Sequence record: DRR723986_27055
Direction: 5' to 3' (one strand)
DNA length: 37,438 bases
Part shown: positions 26,099-36,700 of the stretch, one piece after another
How positions within the stretch are numbered: the first letter of the stretch is position 1
Layout of the letters: every line of letters begins with the position of its first letter
The notes under the pieces: generated by a model
Told to the model about the DNA's origin: nothing
Databases searched by the model: none
Seen by the model: the letters and a program-made list of their open reading frames with translations, nothing else
Position numbers and translations under genes: made by a program

Positions 26099-28711
26099 AT
26101 GAATCATTCCCAAGAAATAGAGCAAAGCCCAGCTTGGTATTCGGCTAGCCTGCAAATATTTTTTTTTCTCTTTTTAACCATATCCTGTAAATCAGTTGAT
26201 GTCTCTAATCTTGACAGCAATGAAATCCAAGTAGCGGAATCAGACAGCATTGATTTTAGATCGCTTATTGAAGCAAAAGAACTCGCTATCGAATCCTATC
26301 AGCCTTCGACAACAACCACTTTCGATATCCTACACACTGAATTGGACTTGTCATTTGATTATCAAAAGCAAACCGTTTCAGGTAAGGCTTTGCTTACGAT
26401 GAAACCTTATTTCTATCCGACAAAAGAACTATTTCTTGATGCCCAGGATTTTGAAATTGAGGAATTATTTTTTTTAGAGGATGGTAAGCGGCAGTCGTTA
26501 GACTACGGATATGATGAGGAAAAAATTCAAATTCATCTGCCAAGAGAACTAGCTAAAACAGATACTTTTCAAATAGCAATCAAGTATACTGCTTTTCCCG
26601 AACGAAATGCAGGAGGTGGTAGTGAGGCAATTACGGATACTAAAGGTTTATATTTCATTGATCCTCTAGATACCATTCCAAACACACCCACTATGATTTG
26701 GACCCAGGGGGAGACGGCACATAACTCGAAGTGGTTTCCTACCATAGATTCTCCTAATGATAAATTTACTCAGCTGATAAAGTTAACAGTTGCAGATTCG
26801 TTGGTTTCGGTAGGCAATGGTGAATTGATCAGGCAGGACAACTTGGGGAATGGGTTGAGGAAGGATTATTGGGAAATGAAACTTCCGCATTCAGCCTATT
26901 TGTCGGCATTTGCTATAGGTGATTTTGGTAAGATTGAAGCTAATTGGGAGAATGTCCCTTTGGGTTACTTCGTAGAAAAAGGGTATGAAAAGGGAGCTGA
27001 AAAGGTATTTAAAAATACCCCTGAAATGATTGGTTTCTTTTCGGAAATACTTGGAGTGAGGTATCCATGGCCTAAATACGATCAGGTAGTTGTCCGTGAC
27101 TTTGTGTCAGGCGCAATGGAAAACACTACGGTGTCTATTTTTATGGAGGAACTAAGGCTTACCGCACGGGAGGCGATTGATTCTGAGATGGATTACATCA
27201 TCGCTCATGAGTTGTTTCATCAATGGTTTGGGGATTATGTGACTATGGAATCCTGGGCAAATCTTACCCTGAATGAAGGCTTTGCTAATTACAGTGAGTT
27301 CCTGTGGAACGAGTATAAATATGGTGCAGATGAAGCAAAACTTAAGCTGATAGCAGAAACAGAAAATTATTTCACGGAAGCCTTGATTAAGCAAGTTCCG
27401 CTGATACGATTTGAATACCAGGAAGCAGAAGATATGTTTGATTCTCATAGCTATTCAAAAGGTGGAGCTATTCTCCATATGCTTCGGGAATACCTAGGGA
27501 AGGAAGCTTTCTATGCAGGGTTGAATTATTATCTGACTAAGCACGCTTTTGGTAATGTGGAGGTCAATGATCTTCGAATGGCCTTTGAGAAAATATGTGG
27601 AGAAGACTTGAATTGGTTTTTCAACCAATGGTTTCTAGCAAAAGGCCATCCAGAGCTTCATTTTGAAGTGGATTATTCTGATCCAAAAAATATTTCATTT
27701 ACAGTCTCGCAGCTTCAAAATTTGAATGAAACACCGCTTTATCAGATTCCTCTTGAGGTGAGTTGGTATTTAGATGGACAAAGGAATAGCAAACGTGTCA
27801 TGATTACGAAAGCTTCTCAACAATTTTCATTGGAGAATAAGGCGCCAATACATTTGCTATTCATTGATGAAGAGAAAAACATACTTGCTGCCAAATCCAT
27901 GGAATTAAATGCCAATCAGATGCGAGAGCAGTTTCAAACTTCAAAATTTGGTATAGCTCGATATGAGGCGCTTGATAGTTTAGCTAGATGGGAGGCAGTT
28001 ACAGAATTAGAATCTATAATCCCTGTTGCACTTGAAGATGAATTTTGGTCTGTGAGGGAATCAGCTTTATCCATATTACAAGGATATCCTGAATGGCTAG
28101 AGGATACACCAGAGCTGGCTAGAAAGGTGTTGCAGATTGCGAAAAATGATTCGAGAAATTCTGTGAGAGCAGGTGCACTAGATGCTCTATCGGCATTTTC
28201 ACCGGATGAGTATTACGACACTTTTGTAGAGCTTGCCAAGGATTCTTCTTATTTGGTAGCAGGCTCTGCCTTGATGGGGCTTGTAACAATGGAGTCGCAG
28301 GCTATAGATTCATCGGTAATTGAAGGATATGCAAGCGAAATCAACTATCGCATGGTGATTCCTGTAGCTGATTACTACATCACTAATTCTATTCCTGGAA
28401 AAGGGGATTGGTTTATCGATAAGGCAAACACTATCTCAGGAGAGGGATTGTATTATTTCCTTGGATATTTAGGAGAGTATTTCAGCCGGTTCCCTGAAGA
28501 GGGCGAGGATAATGCAGTCGATTTCTTATTACAGAGGATGGCTTCTGATTCGAGAAGCTATATTCGTTTGGGGGCTTTTCAGGGGTTGTTAGGCTTTTCT
28601 GATGACCCAGAGATTTTGAAAAAAATCAGTGAAGCAGCATCACTAGAAAAGGATACCGACCTAGTTCAGTATTACCAATATTTTTTAGAAGCTCTGAAAG
28701 ATGAAAATTAA
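26099..28711 (+). CDS. M1 family aminopeptidase with C-terminal HEAT-like repeats (probable lipoprotein)
   Basis: GAMEN, HELFHQWFG..LNEGFA and YSKG motifs, a TISC lipobox-like signal and a helical C-terminus. Confidence 0.93.
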   Translation: MNHSQEIEQSPAWYSASLQIFFFLFLTISCKSVDVSNLDSNEIQVAESDSIDFRSLIEAKELAIESYQPSTTTTFDILHTELDLSFDYQKQTVSGKALLTMKPYFYPTKELFLDAQDFEIEELFFLEDGKRQSLDYGYDEEKIQIHLPRELAKTDTFQIAIKYTAFPERNAGGGSEAITDTKGLYFIDPLDTIPNTPTMIWTQGETAHNSKWFPTIDSPNDKFTQLIKLTVADSLVSVGNGELIRQDNLGNGLRKDYWEMKLPHSAYLSAFAIGDFGKIEANWENVPLGYFVEKGYEKGAEKVFKNTPEMIGFFSEILGVRYPWPKYDQVVVRDFVSGAMENTTVSIFMEELRLTAREAIDSEMDYIIAHELFHQWFGDYVTMESWANLTLNEGFANYSEFLWNEYKYGADEAKLKLIAETENYFTEALIKQVPLIRFEYQEAEDMFDSHSYSKGGAILHMLREYLGKEAFYAGLNYYLTKHAFGNVEVNDLRMAFEKICGEDLNWFFNQWFLAKGHPELHFEVDYSDPKNISFTVSQLQNLNETPLYQIPLEVSWYLDGQRNSKRVMITKASQQFSLENKAPIHLLFIDEEKNILAAKSMELNANQMREQFQTSKFGIARYEALDSLARWEAVTELESIIPVALEDEFWSVRESALSILQGYPEWLEDTPELARKVLQIAKNDSRNSVRAGALDALSAFSPDEYYDTFVELAKDSSYLVAGSALMGLVTMESQAIDSSVIEGYASEINYRMVIPVADYYITNSIPGKGDWFIDKANTISGEGLYYFLGYLGEYFSRFPEEGEDNAVDFLLQRMASDSRSYIRLGAFQGLLGFSDDPEILKKISEAASLEKDTDLVQYYQYFLEALKDEN

Positions 28712-28775
28712 TGCCTTGATTTATAATTGTTTGGAAATAATTTCAATAAAACCTTATCAAATTTGAAATGCATGT

Positions 28776-28806
28776 TTTGAATCTTTAATAAAAGCTTCTA
28801 ATTTTG
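28776..28806 (+). promoter_or_regulatory. Bacteroidota sigma70 promoter for tRNA-Tyr
   Basis: -33 TTTG (28776-28779), 19-nt spacer, -7 TAATTTTG (28799-28806). Confidence 0.7.
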
Positions 28807-28859
28807 CCATCCGTTACGATAAGAAAGCCGGAGAAAAGGTTTGAAAAGTAGCGCTAGTT

Positions 28860-28942
28860 GGGGGAATACCAAAGCGGCCAACTGGGACGGACTGTAAATC
28901 CGTTGACTTAAGTCTTCATAGGTTCGAATCCTATTTCCCCCA
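28860..28942 (+). tRNA. tRNA-Tyr (GTA)
   Basis: Acceptor GGGGGAA/TTCCCCC, anticodon arm ACGGA-CTGTAAA-TCCGT, long variable arm and T-loop TTCGAAT. Confidence 0.96.
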
Positions 28943-28946
28943 CACC

Positions 28947-28979
28947 ATTGTCTGAATGCGAAATTTTTTTCTAATTTTG
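28947..28979 (+). promoter_or_regulatory. Second Bacteroidota promoter, upstream of tRNA-Gly/Thr-tuf
   Basis: -7 TAATTTTG (28972-28979), with ATTG about 21 nt upstream. Confidence 0.55.
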
Positions 28980-29013
28980 CAGGGCGAAAAAGTCTGGATA
29001 AGACCAGCTTAAT

Positions 29014-29088
29014 GTGGAAGTAGCTCTCCAGAGTACTAGCCGAAAGGTTAAATACTTAGAGGTAGAGCGGCAGAGATGTTTTCATCTC
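29014..29088 (+). pseudogene. Degenerate tRNA-Gly 5'-half copy with a hairpin inserted in the D-loop
   Basis: GTGGAAGTAGCTC-[34-nt GAAA-capped hairpin]-GGTAGAGCGGCAG versus the real tRNA GCGGGAGTAGCTC-AGTT-GGTAGAGCGGCAG. No recognisable anticodon arm or T-arm. Confidence 0.65.
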
Positions 29089-29100
29089 GAAAGATTACAA

Positions 29101-29173
29101 GCGGGAGTAGCTCAGTTGGTAGAGCGGCAGCCTTCCAAGCTGCAGGTCGCGGGTTCGAGCCTCGTCTCCCGCT
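29101..29173 (+). tRNA. tRNA-Gly (TCC)
   Basis: Acceptor GCGGGAG/CTCCCGC, anticodon arm GCAGC-CTTCCAA-GCTGC and T-loop TTCGAGC. Confidence 0.97.
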
Positions 29174-29214
29174 CTTTGTTTCCCTGGGGTTCTCGGGGGA
29201 GCATAAGAGTCTAA

Positions 29215-29286
29215 GCCGACGTAGCTCAGGGGTAGAGTACTTCCTTGGTAAGGAAGGGGTCAGGGGTTCAAATCCCCTCGTTGGCT
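29215..29286 (+). tRNA. tRNA-Thr (GGT)
   Basis: Acceptor GCCGACG/CGTTGGC, anticodon arm CTTCC-TTGGTAA-GGAAG and T-loop TTCAAAT. Confidence 0.96.
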
Positions 29287-29349
29287 CATTTCGATTAATA
29301 AGAAAAAAAATTAAATATATCTTTAAACTTAAACTGAGGATTTTCACGC

Positions 29350-30537
29350 ATGGCAAAAGCACAATTCGACCGTTCCAAGCCGCACGTTAATATCGGTACG
29401 ATTGGTCACGTAGATCATGGAAAGACCACTTTGACTGCTGCCATCACTACCGTACTGGCTAGTAAGGGTCTATCTGAATTAAGAGACTTTTCTTCTATCG
29501 ATAACGCACCGGAAGAAAAAGAAAGAGGTATCACCATTAACACCTCTCACGTAGAATATCAAACTGAAAACAGACACTACGCTCACGTAGATTGTCCAGG
29601 TCACGCTGATTACGTTAAGAACATGGTAACGGGTGCTGCCCAAATGGACGGCGCTATCCTAGTAGTAGCAGCTACTGATGGACCAATGCCTCAAACTAGA
29701 GAGCACATCCTTCTAGCTCGTCAGGTAGGTGTACCTCAACTAGTAGTATTTATGAATAAAGTAGATATGGTGGATGATCCTGAGCTTCTTGAGCTTGTGG
29801 AGATGGAAATCAGAGAACTACTTTCTTTCTATGAATTCGACGGTGACAACATCCCAGTAATCGCAGGTTCAGCACTTGGTGCATTGAACGGTGAAGAAAA
29901 GTGGGTTGAAACTGTAATGGAATTGATGAATGCTGTCGATTCTTATATTCCTCTTCCTGAAAGAGCAATTGATAAGGACTTCTTGATGCCTGTAGAGGAC
30001 GTATTCTCGATCACTGGTCGTGGTACTGTAGCTACTGGTAGAATTGAAAGAGGTGTTATCAACTCTGGTGAAGCTGTTGACATTATCGGTATGGGTGCTG
30101 AAGGACTTAAGTCTACAGTTACTGGTGTTGAGATGTTCCGTAAGATTCTTGACAGAGGTGAAGCAGGTGACAACGTTGGTCTATTGCTAAGAGGTATCGA
30201 AAAATCACAAATCAAACGTGGTATGATTATCTGTAAGCCAGGATCTGTTAAGCCTCACTCTCACTTCAACGCTGAAGTTTACGTTCTTTCTAAAGAAGAA
30301 GGTGGACGTCACACTCCATTCTTCAACAAATATCGTCCACAGTTCTACTTAAGAACTACAGATGTAACTGGTGAGATCAAACTTCCAGAGAACGTTGAAA
30401 TGGTAATGCCAGGTGATAACGTGACTATCGAAGTAACTTTGCTTAATGCAGTTGCTCTTGAGAAAGGTCTTCGTTTTGCGATCCGTGAGGGTGGTAGAAC
30501 TGTAGGAGCTGGTCAGGTTACTGAAATTCTTGACTAA
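29350..30537 (+). CDS. tuf: Elongation factor Tu
   Basis: Motifs [18 protein letters not shown] and [13 protein letters not shown]. Confidence 0.99.
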   Translation: MAKAQFDRSKPHVNIGTIGHVDHGKTTLTAAITTVLASKGLSELRDFSSIDNAPEEKERGITINTSHVEYQTENRHYAHVDCPGHADYVKNMVTGAAQMDGAILVVAATDGPMPQTREHILLARQVGVPQLVVFMNKVDMVDDPELLELVEMEIRELLSFYEFDGDNIPVIAGSALGALNGEEKWVETVMELMNAVDSYIPLPERAIDKDFLMPVEDVFSITGRGTVATGRIERGVINSGEAVDIIGMGAEGLKSTVTGVEMFRKILDRGEAGDNVGLLLRGIEKSQIKRGMIICKPGSVKPHSHFNAEVYVLSKEEGGRHTPFFNKYRPQFYLRTTDVTGEIKLPENVEMVMPGDNVTIEVTLLNAVALEKGLRFAIREGGRTVGAGQVTEILD

Positions 30538-30565
30538 TTATCAATCTCTGATTGACTAGTATTAC

Positions 30566-30597
30566 AATGCGATCTCAAATTATTTTGGGATCGCATT
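30566..30597 (+). terminator. Terminator after tuf
   Basis: AATGCGATCTCAAA-ttat-TTTGGGATCGCATT, followed by TGTTTCTTT. Confidence 0.75.
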
Positions 30598-30627
30598 TGT
30601 TTCTTTAGTAATCAATACCTAATTTTG
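30596..30627 (+). promoter_or_regulatory. Bacteroidota promoter for tRNA-Trp-secE-nusG-rpl
   Basis: -33 TTTG (30596-30599), 20-nt spacer, -7 TAATTTTG (30620-30627). Confidence 0.7.
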
Positions 30628-30655
30628 CGTTCCCATTAGCGGGGCGTTCATTTAC

Positions 30656-30729
30656 ACGGGCATAGTTCAACGGCAGAATAGCGGTCTCCAAAACCGTTGA
30701 TGGGAGTTCGAATCTCTCTGCCCGTGCCA
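30656..30729 (+). tRNA. tRNA-Trp (CCA)
   Basis: Acceptor ACGGGCA/TGCCCGT, G discriminator, encoded CCA end and anticodon arm GCGGT-CTCCAAA-ACCGT. Confidence 0.96.
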
Positions 30730-30745
30730 GTAAGTTAAGTACACT

Positions 30746-30934
30746 ATGAATCTGAAAAACTTTGTTCTAGAATCTTATGATGAGATGGTAAATAAGGTCA
30801 CATGGCCGAAATTTTCATTTCTTCAAAATAGTGCAGTATTGGTGTTAGTAGCATCTTTGATCTTCGCCCTATTTATAGGCGTGGTAGATCTTGGGTTCGA
30901 GAACATCATGAAATGGTTTTATGATTTATTCTAA
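30746..30934 (+). CDS. secE: Preprotein translocase subunit SecE
   Basis: E...KVTWP motif plus a single TM helix, located between tRNA-Trp and nusG. Confidence 0.95.
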   Translation: MNLKNFVLESYDEMVNKVTWPKFSFLQNSAVLVLVASLIFALFIGVVDLGFENIMKWFYDLF

Positions 30935-30952
30935 TTGAATTGACATTACAGA

Positions 30953-31510
30953 ATGGCTGAACATAAATGGTACGTACTCAGAGTAGTAGCGGGACAGGAG
31001 AAAAAAACTAAAACCTATTTGGATAATGAAATTTCCAGACAGGCGATTGGAGATTTTATTCCTGAAGTCCTAATACCTTCGGAGAAAGTATATGAGATGC
31101 GTAACGGAAAAAAGCGAGTTAGAGAAAGAAATTTCTTCCCTGGCTACGTTTTAGTCAATGCGGATCTTTCCAATGGTGAGGCCAATCACGTAATTACAAG
31201 TATTCCGGGAGTAATCGGTTTCTTAGGATCAAACTCAGGCGGGGCTTCCAAAACCCCTGAGCCACTTCGTCAGTCAGAAATTAACCGTATTTTAGGTAAG
31301 GTTGAGGAGATTGACGAGTTCGCAGAGAAACTGGATACACCATTTATAGTCGGAGAGACTGTCAAAGTAATGGACGGTCCTTTCAGTGGATTTACCGGAA
31401 CAATAGAGGAGATATTTGAGGAGAAGAAAAAACTTAATGTTATGGTTAAGATCTTCGGCCGAAATACTCCTGTCGAATTAAACTTTATACAAGTAGAAAA
31501 ACAAGACTAA
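30953..31510 (+). CDS. nusG: Transcription termination/antitermination factor NusG
   Basis: WYVL, FPGYVLV, KOW motif DGPFSGFTG and [10 protein letters not shown]. Confidence 0.98.
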   Translation: MAEHKWYVLRVVAGQEKKTKTYLDNEISRQAIGDFIPEVLIPSEKVYEMRNGKKRVRERNFFPGYVLVNADLSNGEANHVITSIPGVIGFLGSNSGGASKTPEPLRQSEINRILGKVEEIDEFAEKLDTPFIVGETVKVMDGPFSGFTGTIEEIFEEKKKLNVMVKIFGRNTPVELNFIQVEKQD

Positions 31511-31513
31511 GCA

Positions 31514-31957
31514 ATGGCTAAGGAAATCACTGGTTATTTAAAACTACAAGTGAAAGGTGGCCAGGCAAACCCGTCGCCTCCAGTAGGTCCAGCTCTTGGT
31601 TCCAAGGGTCTGAACATAATGGAGTTCTGTAAGCAGTACAATGCACGTACCCAAGATAAAATGGGTCAAGTGCTTCCTGTATTGATTACAATCTACTCAG
31701 ATAAGTCTTTTGACTTCGTAGTAAAAACTCCTCCTGCAGCAAACATGTTGCTAGAGGCTGCGAAAATTAAAAGCGGATCTGCTGAACCAAACCGTAAGAA
31801 GGTAGGATCAGTAACCTGGGATCAGGTTAAGGAGATAGCGGAGGTAAAAATGCCTGACCTTAATGCTTTCAAAGTTGAGTCTGCTATGAAAATGGTAGCT
31901 GGTACAGCAAGAAGCATGGGAATCACAGTATCTGGAAAAGCCCCTTGGGAAGTATAA
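31514..31957 (+). CDS. rplK: 50S ribosomal protein L11
   Basis: [12 protein letters not shown] and GTARSMG motifs. Confidence 0.99.
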   Translation: MAKEITGYLKLQVKGGQANPSPPVGPALGSKGLNIMEFCKQYNARTQDKMGQVLPVLITIYSDKSFDFVVKTPPAANMLLEAAKIKSGSAEPNRKKVGSVTWDQVKEIAEVKMPDLNAFKVESAMKMVAGTARSMGITVSGKAPWEV

Positions 31958-31967
31958 ATAAAAAACA

Positions 31968-32666
31968 ATGGCTAAGTTAACAAAAAAGCAAAAAGAAGCT
32001 CTTTCTAAGTACGACCCAAGCCAAGTGTACTCCCTGGAGGCAGCTTCTACTATCGTGAAGGATATTACTATGACGAAGTTTGATGCTTCTGTAGATCTTG
32101 ACATCCGTTTGGGTGTTGATCCACGTAAAGCAGATCAAATGGTAAGAGGCGTTGTTGCGCTTCCTCATGGTACTGGCAAAGACATCAAAGTATTGGTTCT
32201 TTGTACTCCTGACAAAATAGCAGAGGCAACCGAAGCAGGTGCAGATTACGCAGGCTTGGACGACTATATAGCTAAAATTGAAGGCGGATGGACTGACATT
32301 GATGTCATCATCACTATGCCTAACGTAATGGCGAAAGTAGGTAGATTAGGTAGAGTATTAGGACCAAGAGGTCTTATGCCAAATCCTAAATCAGGAACTG
32401 TTACTCTGGATGTAGCTAAGGCAGTAAGAGAAGTAAAAGCTGGTAAAATTGATTTCAAAGTAGATAAATTTGGAATTATTCACGCTGGTATTGGTAAGGC
32501 ATCCTTCACTGCGGAGCAGATTGAAGAAAATGTAAAAGAACTTATCCTTACTATTTCTAAGCTAAAGCCTTCATCCTCTAAAGGAACATATTTCAAGAGT
32601 ATTCATTTATCCAGTACAATGTCTCCTGGGATAGCAGTGGACAAGGGTAGCATTCAAGGAATTTAA
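31968..32666 (+). CDS. rplA: 50S ribosomal protein L1
   Basis: [28 protein letters not shown] and SSTMSPG motifs. Confidence 0.99.
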   Translation: MAKLTKKQKEALSKYDPSQVYSLEAASTIVKDITMTKFDASVDLDIRLGVDPRKADQMVRGVVALPHGTGKDIKVLVLCTPDKIAEATEAGADYAGLDDYIAKIEGGWTDIDVIITMPNVMAKVGRLGRVLGPRGLMPNPKSGTVTLDVAKAVREVKAGKIDFKVDKFGIIHAGIGKASFTAEQIEENVKELILTISKLKPSSSKGTYFKSIHLSSTMSPGIAVDKGSIQGI

Positions 32667-32668
32667 TC

Positions 32669-33211
32669 ATGACTAGAGACGAAAAGAAAGTAATAATCGA
32701 CGGTCTTACTGAGAAATTTAAGGAAAACCCTTTCTTCTATATCACTGATGCTTCTGGTTTTACCGTAGCGCAAGTGAATGCTTTCAGAAGAGCTTGTTTT
32801 GACAAAGGTGTTGAGTACAAAGTGTACAAAAATACCTTGGTCACTAAAGCACTGGAAAATTTAGATGCTGACTTCTCTGAATTATCAGAAAAAGCATTGA
32901 AAGGATTCTCTGGGATTTTATTCTCAAAAGAGACGAGTAACCTTCCAGCAAATGTATTGCTGGATTTTAGAAAAAAATTAGGTAAAAAAGCAACTAAGCC
33001 AGCATTCAAAGGCGCTTCTATCGATGCAGATATTTTCATCGGAGAAGAGAACCTAGAAATGTTATCTAAGTTGAAGTCAAAGGAGGAATTGTTAGGCGAT
33101 CTAATCAGCTTGCTACAGTCTCCAGCGATGAACCTTCTTTCAGCATTGCAAAGTGGCCAAAACAATATTACTGGTGTGCTTAGTACGCTTGCTGATAGAG
33201 AAGAAAAATAA
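32669..33211 (+). CDS. rplJ: 50S ribosomal protein L10
   Basis: VYKNTL and LKSKEELL..L..LLQSP motifs, plus synteny. Confidence 0.97.
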   Translation: MTRDEKKVIIDGLTEKFKENPFFYITDASGFTVAQVNAFRRACFDKGVEYKVYKNTLVTKALENLDADFSELSEKALKGFSGILFSKETSNLPANVLLDFRKKLGKKATKPAFKGASIDADIFIGEENLEMLSKLKSKEELLGDLISLLQSPAMNLLSALQSGQNNITGVLSTLADREEK

Positions 33212-33253
33212 GTTTAAAAAAATCATTCAAACAAATATTAAATTTCAAATACA

Positions 33254-33634
33254 ATGGCAGATCTTACACAACTTGCAGATCAGTTGGTAAACTTGACTGT
33301 AAAAGAGGTTAAAGAATTGACAGATATCCTTAAGGATCAGTATGGCATCGAGCCAGCTGCTGCAGGTGCAGTAGTTGTTGCAGGTGGTGCTGGTGCTGGT
33401 GAAGCTGCAGCCGAAGAAGAGAAGTCAACTTTTGACGTGATCTTGAAAGCCGCTGGTGGATCAAAACTGGCAGTTGTTAAGCTTGTAAAAGAATTGACTG
33501 GTCTTGGTCTTAAAGAGGCAAAAGAACTAGTTGACGGAGCTCCTAAAGCGTTGAAAGAAGGCGTGGCTAAGGACGAAGCTGAAGGCTTGAAGAAGTCTTT
33601 GGAAGAAGCTGGTGCTGAAGTAGAGATCAAATAA
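33254..33634 (+). CDS. rplL: 50S ribosomal protein L7/L12
   Basis: Ala/Gly hinge, [10 protein letters not shown] and [13 protein letters not shown]. Confidence 0.99.
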   Translation: MADLTQLADQLVNLTVKEVKELTDILKDQYGIEPAAAGAVVVAGGAGAGEAAAEEEKSTFDVILKAAGGSKLAVVKLVKELTGLGLKEAKELVDGAPKALKEGVAKDEAEGLKKSLEEAGAEVEIK

Positions 33635-33672
33635 TTTGCTGAACCGCAACTATTAGGTTGGGGTTCAAGCCT

Positions 33673-33706
33673 AAGACCTGACTATTTTAGTCAGGTCTTT
33701 TCCTGT
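33673..33706 (+). terminator. Terminator/attenuator between rplL and rpoB
   Basis: AAGACCTGACTA-ttt-TAGTCAGGTCTT is a perfect 12-bp stem, followed by TTCCTGTTT. Confidence 0.75.
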
Positions 33707-33790
33707 TTATGCACAGGTTCAAAATAGCATTATTCTAATCGGAAATATAATTTTTCCGATATAAACATTTCACCATAAACATACACTACC

Positions 33791-36700
33791 TTGGCTATCA
33801 AGAATCAAACCGAAAGGAAAAGTTTCTCCTCCATTAAGGTGGTCAAAACCTATCCGGATTTTCTAGATATTCAGTTGCAGTCTTTTAAAGACTTTTTTCA
33901 ACTGGATACTCCTGCAGAAAAACGCCGGGCAGACGGTTTATTTAAAGTATTCGCAGAAAACTTCCCAATCAGTGATTCCAGAGAGAATTTCACTCTAGAA
34001 TTTATTGATTATGCAGTAGATCCACCCAAATATTCCGTGGGCGAATGCATTGACCGTGGCTTGACCTACTCTGTACCGTTGAAAGCAAAGTTGAGATTAC
34101 TTTGTCATGACGAGGATAATGAAGATTTCGAAACGATTGAGCAAGAAGTATTCTTAGGTAATCTTCCATACATGACCGAGAAGGGGTCATTTGTAATTAA
34201 TGGTGCTGAAAGAGTTATTGTTTCACAACTTCACCGTTCCCCAGGTGTATTCTTTGCTCAAAGCAAGCATACAAATGGCACGAAACTTTACTCTGCCAGA
34301 ATTATCCCTTTCAAAGGTTCTTGGATTGAATTTGCGACGGACATTAATAATGTCATGTATGCATACATAGACCGTAAAAAGAAGTTTCCAGTAACCACAT
34401 TGCTAAGATCTATAGGATATGGCTCTGATAAAGATATCCTAGATCTATTCGGACTATCTGAGGAAGTCAACGCTACTAAGACAGCAATGAAAAAAGTAGC
34501 TGGGCGTAAGCTAGCTGCTAGGGTTCTAAGAACTTGGGTAGAGGATTTTGTTGATGAAGATACTGGTGAAGTAGTTTCTATCGACAGAAACGAGGTATTA
34601 CTGGAGCGTGATACTGTACTTACAGACGAAGACATTGAAATGATCTTGGATTCAGGCTCGAAAAGCATCATTCTCCATAGAGAAGATGTAAACGTGGCTG
34701 ATTACTCTATCATCTATAATACATTACAAAAAGATAGCTCTAACTCAGAGAAGGAGGCAGTAGAAGTTATCTATCGTCAGTTGAGAAATACTGAAGCTCC
34801 TGATGAGTCAACCGCTCGTGAGGTAATTCATAGTTTGTTTTTCTCTGACAAACGTTATGATCTTGGTGAAGTTGGTCGTTATAGAATCAACAAAAAACTA
34901 GGTCTAGACATCGATTCTGAGAAAATCGTCCTTACTAAGGAGGATATTATCAATATCGTAAAATACCTAATTGGATTGATCAACTCTAAGGCTGTAGTCG
35001 ATGATATTGATCACTTAAGCAATAGACGAGTAAGAACTGTAGGCGAGCAGCTTTACAGCCAATTCGGTGTAGGTTTGGCTAGAATGGCCAGAACGATCCG
35101 TGAAAGAATGAACGTTCGTGACAATGAAGACTTTAAACCAGTCGATTTGATCAATGCGCGTACACTTTCTTCTGTTATCAATTCATTCTTTGGTACAAAC
35201 CAACTTTCTCAGTTTATGGATCAAACCAATCCATTGGCGGAGTTGACTCACAAGAGAAGACTTTCAGCTTTGGGTCCAGGGGGTCTATCCAGAGAAAGAG
35301 CAGGTTTCGAGGTTCGAGATGTTCACTACACGCACTACGGTCGTCTGTGTACTATTGAAACTCCAGAAGGTCCAAACATTGGATTGATTTCTTCCCTTTG
35401 TGTTCATGCTAAAGTGAATTCAATGGGCTTCCTTGAGACTCCTTACCGTAAGGTGAAGGATGGTAAGGCAAGTATGAAAGCTGAGGACGTATTATTCCTT
35501 ACTGCTGAAGAAGAAGATGATCACAACATTGCCCAAGCAAATGCGCCGCTTGACGAAAACGGTAAGTTTATCAATGAGAAGGTAAAAGCAAGATTTGAAG
35601 GTGACTTCCCAGTATTGGAGCCTTCAGAAATTAGCTACATGGACGTTGCTCCTAACCAAATTGTATCTGTTGCGGCATCCTTGATTCCTTTCTTGGAGCA
35701 TGATGATGCGAACCGTGCATTGATGGGATCCAACATGCAGCGTCAGGCAGTACCATTGTTAAAAGCTGAAGCGCCTATCGTAGGTACAGGTCTTGAAGCA
35801 AAAGCAGCTGTAGACTCTAGATCTCTCATCATTGCGGAAGCAAGTGGTGTTGTAGATTATGTGGATGCTAAGAAAATCGTTATCAAGTATGATCTCAGCG
35901 ATGATGAGCTTCTGGTGAATTTCACGGATGAATATAAGTCATACGATCTAATTAAATTCAGAAGAACTAACCAAGATACTACTATCAACTTGACTCCTTT
36001 GGTGCTTAAAGGCCAAAAGGTGAAAAAAGGTCAGGTATTGGTAGAAGGTTACTCTACTAATAACGGTGAGCTAGCGCTTGGTAAAAACTTGAAAGTGGCT
36101 TACATGCCATGGCAAGGATATAACTTTGAGGATGCGATCGTAATCTCGGAGCGAGTAGTAAGAGAAGATATCTTTACTTCAATCCACGTAGAAGAATTCC
36201 AATTGGAAGTTCGAGATACCAAGAGAGGTGAGGAAGAATTGACTTCTGAAATCCCTAACGTATCTGAAGAAGCAGTTAAAAATCTTGATGAGCATGGTAT
36301 CATCGCGATTGGAGCTGAAGTAAAAGAAGGCGATATCATCATAGGTAAGATCACTCCAAAAGGAGAAACTGACCCTACTCCGGAAGAGAAGTTGCTTAGA
36401 GCAATCTTCGGTGATAAAGCTGGTGACGTGAAAGATGCTTCCTTGAAAGCTTCACCATCATTGAATGGTGTGGTAATCGAGACTAAGCTTTTCGCAAGAC
36501 CTAAAAAAGATAAAGACGTAAGAGCTAAGGCTAAAGCTGAGGTTGAAAAACTGAAAGCACGCTATTCTAAAGATCTTTTGGGTATCAGAGCTCGAATGAT
36601 CAATAAGATGGTGACTATCCTTGATGGCAAAACTTCTCAAGGTGTTAAGCATAAGTTCGGTGATGAGATTATCACTAAAGGACAGAAGTTCAACCAAAAG

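Noticed and set aside
527-27448. Numerous 60-120 aa ORFs nested in or antisense to the long CDSs
   Set aside because: Fully overlapped by well-supported genes, with no motifs or signals of their own.
29014-29390. ORFs 29014..29214 (+), 29048..29362 (-) and 29076..29390 (+)
   Set aside because: They overlap tRNA-Gly and tRNA-Thr and are typical spurious translations of tRNA sequence.
31808-33630. Antisense ORFs over rplK, rplA, rplJ and rplL
   Set aside because: Shadow ORFs of highly expressed genes.
35192-35285. RpoB rifampicin cluster I reads [25 protein letters not shown], with Ala at the E. coli S522 position
   Set aside because: The key residues equivalent to Q513, D516, H526 and S531 are intact. 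Ala here is a common natural variant, not evidence of resistance.
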